Source: Tubulanus polymorphus (Eukaryota > Animalia > Nemertea). From it: DNA of 64,000 bases. The first letter of the stretch is position 1. Every line of letters begins with the position of its first letter. The stretch spans positions 15,508,655 through 15,572,654 of the forward strand of contig NC_134033.1 of assembly GCF_964204645.1 (NCBI RefSeq), given 5' to 3'. Under the pieces are notes generated by a model that worked only from the letters and a program-made list of their open reading frames with translations, did not search any database and was not told the origin of the DNA. Below are positions 13,501-25,500 of the stretch, one piece after another. A program made the position numbers and the translations under genes.

Positions 13501-16500
13501 AGTCTAAACCTCGTACAGTTGAACCGGTGGATTACGAAACCGCGATCGTTAAGAATAAATCGCTGCTTTACAATGATCCGTTACGGGAGATGTTACTGTT
13601 TCCGCAGGACGATATATCGGTAAGTAAATACTCGCTTACCCCGGGACGCCTTCTGAAAACCTCATTTACCCCGGGACGCCTTCTGAAAACCTCATTTACC
13701 CCGGGACGCCTTCTGAAAACCTCAGTTACCCGCGGACGCCATCTGAAAACCTCACTTTAAGAAGGCGTCCCGGGGTAAGTGATTTACCCCGGGACGCCTT
13801 CTCAAAATCTCACTTACCCCAGGACGCCTTCTCAAAACCTCACTTACCCCTAGATGCCTTCTCCAAACCTCATCCCCGCAGACGCTTTCTCGAAACCTCA
13901 CTTACCCCGGGATGCCTTCTCAAAACCTCACTTACCCGGGGTGTCTTCTCAAAACCTCACCCCGTTAATGCTGAAAAAAAGGTGACGTGAAGAAAGTTAA
14001 AAAGTTAAGAAAAGAAAAATGTTCAACTAAGCAGAAGAATACATGAATATTTCTGCGAATATTGAAAAATGATTTGTTATGATTATGATTTGAAATCCCA
14101 CAAGGATGAGAAGAAAAAGTGTTCAAAATATTTATTCAACATTTCGACGATATCCTAATAGTCATCATCTTCAGTATTCCTGTAGGATTTTATCGTCCCA
14201 ACACGGACTCACGTTGTTTCGTTAACGCAATTCGATTATGTATTTTCAGTCGTCTGTTCTAGAGCGTCGATTCCGCACGGTGAAATGTTCGGTACCGACG
14301 TCTGCTGCGAAACAAGCCGAAGGTTTATTAGTTAGAGAATGTATCAATACTTACACCGCCGACTGGAACATCGTCGAACCGAAATATAAAGACTATTCCG
14401 GCAGTTATTTACAGTTACCCAGGTTTGAATATTTGAATTTCGAATTATTTTGACGACCCTCGGGTCAGTTGCTCGAAAGTTGGTGGTTAGTCGTTAATCA
14501 GTGGATGGTTGACGTAGCGACAATTAAAAGTTCAGCGTTAATTTAGTATTTATCAGCAAGTTTATCTTTAACCCTTTCAGTGCTGACTAATTAATACCCT
14601 ATAATGCTAGAGATTATTTGAAAATTTTTAAAAAGTTGTTCGAGAAAGAAACTAAAAGTATTTTTGATTTTCACGTTTTCAGACGAGTTCCAGCCACGAA
14701 ATTACCGGAACAATTGTTCGAAATCGACAATGAAACCGACACCAGAGACGAAGTACGCGTTTATATCTCGTCGAGAAATGATTTCACGTGAAAATTTCCT
14801 TACGAAACGACGACGATGATAAAGAATTTGATTAATTGATGGGAACTGATTTTGTTTTTCAGGAGTCGGGCACGACGAACACGCTGTATAAAGCTCATCT
14901 GAATCAAATAACGAAACAAGGCTGGCTTTATAAATGTCCGGATAATCAAACCGAGCCTTCTGGTTTATTCACGCGGGTAAGTGAGTAAATCTGGGAGACG
15001 ACCAGCTGTTTAGCTTCATGGCTTAGACTTAAGACACGTCTATGATATAGGTGAAATAGTCATATAGCGATATCGGCTTGGTGATATAGTCAATCTAACA
15101 ATTTAAGACCAGTCTAAGTTCATTTTGGTTGTATGCCAAATCTAATAACTTCGGTAAGACCAGTCCAAACTCATTTTGGTTCTATAGCCTGTCTAACAAC
15201 TTAAGACCAGTGTAAACTCATTTTGGTTCTATAATCAATCTAACAACTTAAGACCATTGGTCTAAGCTCATTTTGGTTCTATAGCCTGTCTAACAACTTA
15301 AGACCAGTCTAAACTCATTTTGGTTCTATAATCAATCTAACAACTTAAGACCATTGGTCTAAACTCATTTTGGCTCTATAACCAATATAACAACTTTTGG
15401 ATTTAAGTTTTGTCTATGAAACCGGCCACAGGGTACCATAGTTCGGTAGTTGTGAGTTAGAGTTGAAATAAAAAAAAACAGTTTATAAGCTTGTTTTAAG
15501 TGGGTCAAATGTAACCAGAGACCTGAGGAATCTTGTCCCGTTTTTTAGTCCGGGACCAGGTTCAACAGTTCTGGGTCAAAATAATTGGTAAATGAACTAA
15601 TTTTAACCGAACTATTGAATTGGTTTCATCTCGAGGGTTGAACACTAATCGTTCTCTGCGTATTATCTTTGCAGTCGATGAAGCGCCGTTATTTCTATTT
15701 GAAACAGCAGCAGGACACGACGTACGCCCTCGACTTCCATAAAGACGACAAGAAGTTCGATTCGAAAGGAACGATATTTTTGGACAGCGCTGTCTCCGTC
15801 AATAAGGTGCAAAACTATATTATCAATCCCTCTCTTCTCGCTGTCACTCTCTCTCCTATTTTCCCACCATCTCTCCTCCCTCTCTGCCTCCTATCCTCTG
15901 CCGTAATATAGAGTGAACTTAATTTTTAGCTTTAAATTTTAAAGATCAATTGGTTGTATTTGATGAGTTGCTCGTGATTCCTTTAAAAAAAAAATTCAAC
16001 CCTTCATATTTTTCATCAAAATTTTCCCGATTGTAACTCGCTTCTAACCCTAATCCTGATACCAGCCTCCACTGGGATTTGAACCTGGGTCTCCGACTTG
16101 TCAGTCCTATGTCTTTCCACTAGACCACTGAGTTCTGGTGATTGTCAGAGTTTGGAAGTTTGTCCAGTCGTTGTGGCTGACCAGTCAGCGGTGCGGTGAC
16201 CAGTCAGCTGTCTCTGGTGACCAGTCAGGTGTGGTGACCAGTCATCTGTGGTGACTGGCTGTCCAATGCTCCATTCATTACGAACAGGCTATGATTCTCT
16301 GATTTAAAGAGACTTTCCAATCAAACTCGATTGCTTTATTTCAAAAAGAGCAATTTTTCCACCAAATCAAAACATGATTCAAAGCCAGACATAAAAAGAT
16401 ACTGAACACAAGAGGACAATAAAGTTTGCTGCTAGTATTTCACACATAACAATTAACCATCTAAGTGATTTTAACTACTGGGCCCGGTTCCATAGTGAGG

Positions 16501-19500
16501 GCTTTGACTTAAGACCAGTCTAAGACCAACTTAGTTCTATAGCCAATCTAACAACTAAGACCAGTCTTAAGATTTAAGACCACTTTTGGTCTTAAGTCCT
16601 GACTATGGAACCGGCCCCAGATCTACAACATTCAAATCATCGAGGAAAATGACAAAATATTAGAATAAAATGTTTAAACTGTTTTGCGAATGACTAGATT
16701 GAAAATTAAGATGAACACAATGAAAAATGTTTTTTCATATTGGAAAATTCTGAACTTCAACTTGAAACAAATAACACAATCATCAGCGATGATTAAACCT
16801 TTCACTGCCCATCCTTGTTTTGATACATATTAGGCCTGCTTTAGATTAACAAGTTTTGTAAACCAAATGAAAGTTTCCAGTTTCCAAATCTGCTATAGAA
16901 TAGAACACATAACATAGATTGATTGCATAGCTTATCATTTTTGACTTGGGCTGTGTATTATTACTCATTAGCTGGTGACTGCAAGATCCGGTTCTGTCAT
17001 GAAAACACCGAGGACGGGTAAAAAATAATTTGCTTCCGCGTTTTTTTTAGTCGTCGAAGAAAGGTCGTCCGATGTTCGAGATACACATGGCCGACCAATC
17101 GTTTTACACGCTGGCCGCCGAAAACGAGCAGGACGTCGACGATTGGCTGAACAAACTGAAGAAAGTACTCGCGGCCGAGAGCATCGGCGGCGACGACCGA
17201 ACGAAAGATGGGTCGACGAAAAACGATTCGAAAAAAGAAGAAAATCACAACATGCCTCCCGAACTAGCGAAGGTCAGCGTTTTATTCAGTTTCGGAAATC
17301 GCATAATTTCAGAATATGTTTATGAAGTTCTTAAATCTTGCAGTAAGAACTAGAATGAGTGTGAAAACAGGGTCCTTGCAGATCAGGGAATTTTGACTGT
17401 TTTCTTGAAAATCATGGGAAAGTCTGGATATTTGAATTGTTTGGTTTCTTGTTGTTCTTGCTAGTGAGAAGTAGCACAAGGAACCTCTCCATATAAGAAA
17501 CAGCCCTCGCTGAGGATATCTTATAATTCAATCAGGGAATTTGTGGTGTTTTGTTGTTTGTGCTGCTGGCGAGTGGCACAAGGAAGCTCTTGATAAGAAA
17601 CAGCCCCCACTGAGAATATCTTATAATTCAATCAGGGAATTTGTGGTGTTTTGTTGTTTTTGCTGGTGGTGAGTGGCACAACGAAGCTCTTGATAAGAAG
17701 CAGCCCCCACTGAGCATATCTTGGGGAATGGGGAATTTTTGATTCCCTGATATAAACCCTGGAACTTTTCCCATGAGCTAATATTTGTTTGACATTTCGA
17801 CTATATTTTCATAGTCATCTTCATGAATACATAAGAATATATATCTCACTTAGTATTCATGAAGATGACTATTAGCATATAGTGGAAATGGAGAATAGAT
17901 GTTACTGGTGAAGACCTCAAGGAAACATTTCAAACTTTATCTTCAATCTAACTGTGGGAGTTTTTATATTATCATTACAACACTGACTCTGCGTGTTTCA
18001 TCAATATTTCTTGTTAGAACGATGACCACACTCAAACGTGGTGAACGGATAATAAGATAAAATCCCACTATTTACAGATTAAAAGAATTTAAAAACTAGA
18101 ATTTATTAATATTTACTAATTATTTACTCACTCACCAATTTACTCAATTAACCTGTCCTCCTCTGTATATATACCCCTGTTTTTAGTCTATTTCTCACAC
18201 CTGCAATGATCTCTAGGGTGAGATCGAAACGTCGTTTAATATTTTAGATTTAATAAATAAATTCTGGTTTTTGAATTCTTTTAATCTGTAAATAGTGGGA
18301 TTTTATCTTAATATTTCTTATTGTTTGTTTTTGCTTGTTTTATTCAGTACGCGCGGGAAACAGAATCGTACCTCGCGCAACAGAGGAAAGAAAACCGTCA
18401 GAAACTGTTCGCCGTTTATCCCGAATTACCGGTTAGTTTCAAATATCGGGGGCAGCAGTTACTCAAAAGTGAGTTAGAGTTAACCAGTGGATAAATGACA
18501 TAGTAACAATTAAAAGTTCATTTTCACTACGGTATTTGCGCTGGTGAAGATCTTTTGAATGAAACAGGTGCTAAACAAATTTTTTGATTATCATTATCAT
18601 CGTTATAATATTTCTCCACCGGTTATCTTTAACTAACTTTTGAGTGTTCAATTTAAAGGAGAGTCTACCGTATTCAAATCATATCAACTGCACTATTTTG
18701 ATTTATCTGCAGGATATCTTTAACCAAATATTGCGTAACTGCAGCCCCCGGAAGCCAATTCGGCATTTCTCATCAAACTTAACTGGAAACAGTTGAACTG
18801 ATAGATTCCCGGATCAACAACAACAGATTTCGAATTTCTAGCTACGATTAATCTGTATTTGTAGAAGAATAAGCTTCTTTGACTTTTGAGCAACCGGCCC
18901 AATTCGGCGACTCTCGTCAAACTTAGCGCCAGAAACAGTTGAACTGGATCCAGGAGCTCGCTCGATAAATTCCCCGAATCAAGTTCACGCTCGGTCAAAA
19001 CAGATTTTGAATTTCTAACTGTATTCATTCATACTTGTAGAAGAATAGCACTCGTACGGACGACTGTTACGAGGGTGACGTCGAAGTGTTCAAAGATCAG
19101 TTCGAGAAGCGTTTCGTCGTTACTTGTGAAGAATTCCGTACGGCGCTGCAGGGAAACATCAGAGACGACGGAGAAACTGAAATATACACTAACGTAAGTT
19201 CCTCATTCATTCTCTTGAGTCCATTTTTTGGGGGAAAAGTTTGTAAATCTTAATTTCTGTTTTCCTCGCAATAAAAGTCTGGTTTCACAGATTTCCATCC
19301 GGAAAAAAGACTGAAAAACAGAGGAAAGCAAATTTCAATTTAATTCAAAGTTTATTTGTATAAAAAACGTCTAACGGATACAATCAACACACAGATTTAA
19401 CAATAGGAATAGCAGAATGTGGATTGCTTATATAAAAGTCAAAGATGCTACAAAGTTCATTTTGAGATTAATAATTATACATTTATGAAGATTTAATCAA

Positions 19501-22500
19501 CTTAACAGACAGCTGCGGGACCAGTTTTTGGAGCCAGTTGCGAGTTGTGAAATTTCACACTAGAGTAATTGAAAATCAACTGATTAAACTCTATTCAGTC
19601 GATCAAATGAGTTGAATCAAGGTTGAATGAATATCTATCTAATTTGATATTTCAGCCGGAGCCATTTTTCATAACGATGGCGCTGTACGACGCTAAACGA
19701 GGACGGAAAGTATCCGAAGATTTTCACTACGACCCGAATTCGCAGCATCTACGAACGATGATTCCGAAAGAGCTGCGATTCGGAATCAACGATTCATCGG
19801 CGAAAAATAGCGAACCGGAACTGATCGTAAATCCTGACTGGTTGTTGTCTCGTAATAAAGTACGTCTGCTGGTTTGTTGAAAATAGCGTTTAATTCAAAA
19901 ACCCTGGGCCCGGTTTTATAGACTGGTATTACCTTTAACCAGCCCCTGGGCTCAGTTTCGGACTTGTGACAAATTCATGAATGGTCTTACATCATTTGTT
20001 AGATTAGATAGAACTAAGATGGTCTTAGGCTGATCTTAAATCAGGGCCATGTCTGAGCAACTGATCCCTCATGCGCTTGTGACAAAAATGGTCTTAAATT
20101 TTAAGACTGGTTAAGTTGTTATATTGGTTATAGAACCAAAATGAGCTTAGACTAGTCTTAAGTTGTTAGATTGGTTCTGGAAAGAAAATGAGCTTAAGTT
20201 GTCAGATTGGTTATAGAACCAAAATGAGTTTTGACTGGTCTTAAGTGGTTAGATTGGTTATAGAACCAAAATTAGCTTAGACTGATCTTAAGTTGTTAGA
20301 TTGGCTTGGATGGTCTTAGGCTTGTCAAAATTTCATCCCATAGAATTCTATTATAAGAAAATGTTCTCATTTAATTTCAGTTTATATTATCGGTAACCGT
20401 TCAGGATCGCAGTCCGGAGATTTACCTCGTCGCGAAAATCGAGAAAGTTCTTCAAGGCGGAATTTCTGCCGCGGTCGAGCCGTATATAAAAAGCGCCGAC
20501 CCGAAACTCGGAACAAAAGTTCACAAACACATGCGTCAATGCTGCGGTCGAATCGGTCAATATCGAATGCCGTTTGCGTGGGGAGCCAGGTAACGAATTC
20601 ATTCCTTAAAAACTTCTTCCAAACGGAAAACGCTTGAAGCTCCTTTAATCTGAGCAAAATGCCTGAAACTGCTTTGAAACTTATTCAATTTTGAGAAATA
20701 GGCCACGATTTTGCCAGACTTTTTGGAGGGCACATTCAAATTTTGACCAGTCCACCTGGTCCACCCCCCTAAATCTGCCGTTGCCCCCTTAGTGCCTAGT
20801 CTTGTTGCTGTTTCTGATATTCTGTTGATATTTTTGTTGATATTTCTATATTATGTTGATATCGTTGATATTCTGTTGATATTTCGTTGATATATCCTGT
20901 CGATATTTCAGGCCTGTTTTCACGAGTCGCGGCGAACTTCACGTTTACTCGAACTTTCAACTGTTTCGACAAGAAAGTTCTCGAATCTCTGAGGAAGAGC
21001 TTCTTCGACGTTTACAAGATATCAGCAGGTGATTTTAACTCTCCTCCCCCTCGGACAAATTACCCCCTCCCCCCTTTCGTACAAATTCAGTTTTGGAATC
21101 TTAGATTTAAACGTTTTTCTTATGCAGGCCCGATAAACAAAGTAAATGGCAGCAAATACCGGCTTCGCTGAAGGTCACCGTGGAACCTTATATACCAGGA
21201 GAGACGCCTATTAGTAGTAAGTAGAACTATGTAGAATTGTCCATTAGCCGCTGGGAGGTCAACTCGGAGACTCGGTGAAAACCCATTAAACTACCGAGAT
21301 AACCTTTTAACTCGCCGAAACATTTTCTTTTCCCTATTTATGAATACAAGCGATCCTTGTGAATATTACTCTCACGACAGACAAATTTTGTCTTAAAAGA
21401 TCTGACGTGACGACAAGGCCGATTAAACATAGATGGATCTTATAGACAGGTTTTGATTTTTCTCTATCGGTTCCGGAATTCTTTTACCCGGTGCGTTCTT
21501 TTCAACCAGAATTTGCGCTACCTACTCCAGAATAGTATAATCAGTAAACCTGATAGCAGCAGCCGATAGAGAGTTTATAATCAGTAAACCTGATAGAAGC
21601 GACCGATAGAGAGTTTATAATCTGTTAAACCTGATAGAAGCAGCCGGTAGAAAATTTGCGATCCGGAATTGCTATTCCTAAACCTGAATATGTAATGTAT
21701 CCGTATCTGTATGATACAATGCTACATCCTGATTTGGCATATACGCAACTGTAGAGAGAAAAAAAATGTTAGGCGCTGGTCTGTTAAGTGCGGAGGGCGG
21801 CTAGGATTCGCTCTGCAGTCGGTTAGCTGACCGCGCCGTCGCTGTGGCGATTCCAATCGACTATTGTTAAATCGAAATTCACGAACGTTTCTAGATTTTT
21901 GTTCGATTTAAATTTACAGATACGTTGACGCCGTCGTTGGTTCCCGTTCGTCCGTTCGCTCAGCCGCCCGAACAATCTCCGACGCTCGAGGTCGACGAAT
22001 TCCTGCCGGACATCGGCGAACTCAGTTATCCGTACACGTCGTATATCAATAACCTGTACGTCTATCCGAAATCGCTGAAATACGACAATCAGAAAACGTT
22101 CGCGAAGGCGCGGAATATCGCGTGCTGCGTCGAACTGAGAGATTCAGACGATGAAAATACGACTCCGCTCAAGGTAGATAACTCGCCGATAGATCAGAGA
22201 AATCTCAGCATTCAGTTCCAAAGGTGTTAGAATCAGTTCATCTTCAATTAGTTAACTTCGATTCAAATCGTAAATCGCAACGTGTAGAACTGGGTCCAGA
22301 CTCTAATAAGGTTTACTCAGAGTCACAACTGCGGAACTAGGTCCTGGATTCTGGACCCAGTTCTGCAGTTGTGAGTTATGATTTGACTCCGGGTTAACTA
22401 ATTCATAATGAACTATTTCTAACTCTAGAGTTTACTCCAACTCCTAATTGTGAAACTGGATCCAGACGTTTAAGTTAGAGGTACCTCTGATCAGATAAAT

Positions 22501-25500
22501 TTGAGTCAAGTCTTTACTCGCATCTTGCGGAACTGGGTTCAGGGTTTTCAGGACGAATTAATAAGAAAAGGGCAGATATTATAATTATGGCTCATGGAAG
22601 TGATTGAGTAATCGGCATTTTCAGAATTTTAGATTTGAAGAGTTAAAGTATATTTATATTTTCAGCATATTTACTAGATATAGCGCAGTTATGTCTATAT
22701 TTTCATCCTAGTTTTGTTTATACATTTTCAGTGTGTTTATATGTACATTTTTAGCATAGATTTGTTCATATTTTAAGCGTATTTACGGTCGATTCACATG
22801 TATATTTTTAGCGTATTTACGGTCGGCCCGGCGGACCCGTGTTCACGTGCGTCGCGTCGGCGCCTGTTCTACATCACAATTCGACGCCGGATTTCTACGA
22901 CGAGGTGAAAATCAATTTACCGACGCAACTCAACGAGAAACACCACCTGCTGTTCACGTTCTATCACGTTAGCTGCGAATTCAAGGCGTCGTCCCGCGCG
23001 AGCCTCGTCGCCGAGGCGCCCGTCGGCTACGCGTGGTTACCGCTGCTCGCCGCCGGCAGGAAATTCTGCTCGGCCAATCAGAGTTTAGCGATCGCGGCGA
23101 CGTTGCCGGCGAAGTATCTATCGCACGAACCGCTCGGACTCGGGAAAGGGGTAAGTTGTTTATCGACTCTTCTCAGAACTACATCTGAATCACCCTATGA
23201 CATCATCTAAATACCAGTCTTCTCGAAAAGATGTCTGCTGCCATTAATCCCCTTATGACATCATCAAATTGCCGACTTTTGACTTAATTTAATTCCTGTT
23301 TATTCGATACCTTTTAGGATGCGTCAGGACACATCTAAAGACCCTCCTATTCAGATAACACTAGTTCATTTGGACTGATAGAATAGGACACCTGCACTGT
23401 ATTATATAATTTATTATTATGATGGTTATTAATAATATTATTTACAGTTTACTGGTCCGGAAATAAAATGGGTCGATTCCGGAAAACAGTTGTTTCACTG
23501 TGATTTACGTCTGGTATCAACTATTTATACGAAGGTAAACATCTATTACTCGCCTAGGCGAATAATCTGACATTCGATGATATCAAAAGTTTATTATTCC
23601 GGCAGTTTTGAGATTGATCTAAATCCCATTTATATAGAGACAGCCCTGGGGCCAGTTGCATAGTCATGGTTTAGACTTAAGACTAGTCTAAGACCAACTT
23701 AGTTCTATAGCCAATCTAACAACATAAGACCAGTCTTAAGATTTAAGACCACTTTTGGACTTAAGTCGCGACTGTGCAACTGGCCCCTGTTCTCTGAAGA
23801 TGCGATTGTCAGACAGCAGAGAAACAGTTCCTGTCTGTAATGATGAGATTTCTGTTTATTGATCGTGATTATTGATTATTATGATGAAGTTTATTGATCT
23901 TGACAGTTTCGCGATTCACCTACAAATCTCATCTTCAGAGATACAGTAATGATCTCTGGAGGTGGGTTTAAAAAAACTTAAAATGCAGATCAGTTTATTC
24001 GTCATCTCTTACTGGCATCAATTCAGCCTGGAACCTTCGATTAACGCTGTGTTTAATTTCAGGACGTTCACCTGCATAATTTCTTCCAACACTGTCAGAA
24101 AACAGACGGCATGCCAACGCCTGCTAACGACATGGAAACCAGCAATAAACTAAAAGTGAGTCGTTTCGCTTTCTCGATACTGTTGTCCAAAAGAATTAAG
24201 GAAATCAACCTCCGAACAGGTTTTAGTTCGATAAAGCCCACAATCACGAAGTTAAGCTAATAAAGGATTCGACTTTTAGCTCTAAATACTATGAGCCATT
24301 TTCAAAACATATTCTTTTTCTATGACTCATAGCATTTGAATCGAAACGTTAAGATCATCTTATACTTTTACTTCGTAAATAGTGCGCTTTTTCTTCAGCT
24401 CAGTTATACAGTCACTTGACTCTGGAAACCGACACTGTTTTATTTCATTAAGTTGACATCCGTCTTTATATTTCGACATTTTATTATGTTGTTTTATGTT
24501 AGATAATTTTGTAACTGTGAATGCAGTGTCGCTTCATCGTGTTGGGTATACGAGTATATATATATATAACCAACGTCGTCAAATTTTACACGCATTGCGC
24601 CACGAACACTGCAGCTTAGAATTGACTTGACCTTTCGAGAACAAACAATTTACGTTTGGTTTTTCTCGGAGTTAGATCTGCATAGTTGTAGCTTGAAGGT
24701 CTAATAATAATTTTGAGCAATGTTTCAGCCATCATCAGACGCCTGACGATGGCTAATAGTATTTAGCCGAAACGTTGCTCAAAATATAATAATTTTGATA
24801 GAGAACTTTTCATTTTTGGTTGAATTTATTATGGGATTTCTCACGTTATTCATCATACACGGATATTGTGTATCTTCGGGTCTAAAGGTCTGATAACCCT
24901 TCACCGAAATGTTCATGATGTTCACAAACGAGCTTAGCCAGCGCCTTCACACCTGTGATGAGACATTGTCACTGATCTCGTAAAAAAAAACACAACACGA
25001 ACAATCAACGATATTTCGCCGTATTTCAGTTGGCAATTATAAAGTCGCAGTTAAATCTGGCGCCAACCGCGCAGACGGGAAGAGCGTTTGAGGTAGATGG
25101 CAGCACTTGTTCTTGTTGTCTTGCGCATCTGCTATGATTACGAATGCCGAATACATTATAATATATTTTATCTCGTCTTGCCGCCGACCACCACATATAG
25201 ATTCTGTGTAGAGAAGAGTAGCTGGGCAGAATGCTCCAACCACTCTACCTCAAAAACATCACATTCTATGTATAATAAATAGTCTACACCTTAGAAAACA
25301 TACACAAGCACACCTTGCTCATTTCTACATCCTCCCTCGGCAGCAATTTGAACCCAGTGGCATCAAGAGACTGCCACTGGGCAAAAAACCCTGCCTGTTT
25401 AGTCCTAGTGCGCGGGTTCACCCAAAAATAGCTGAAACGATACATCTGATTGGCTAATTATGCTCGATAATGACTTCATGGCTAAGACGTGCATGTCCTT

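Larger units (their letters stand above)
14863..17272 (+). other. DOCK PH-domain-encoding exons (exons 5-7)
   Basis: ITKQGWLYK...[26 protein letters not shown]...[11 protein letters not shown]...[22 protein letters not shown]. An N-terminal PH domain is diagnostic of DOCK-D. Confidence 0.9.
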
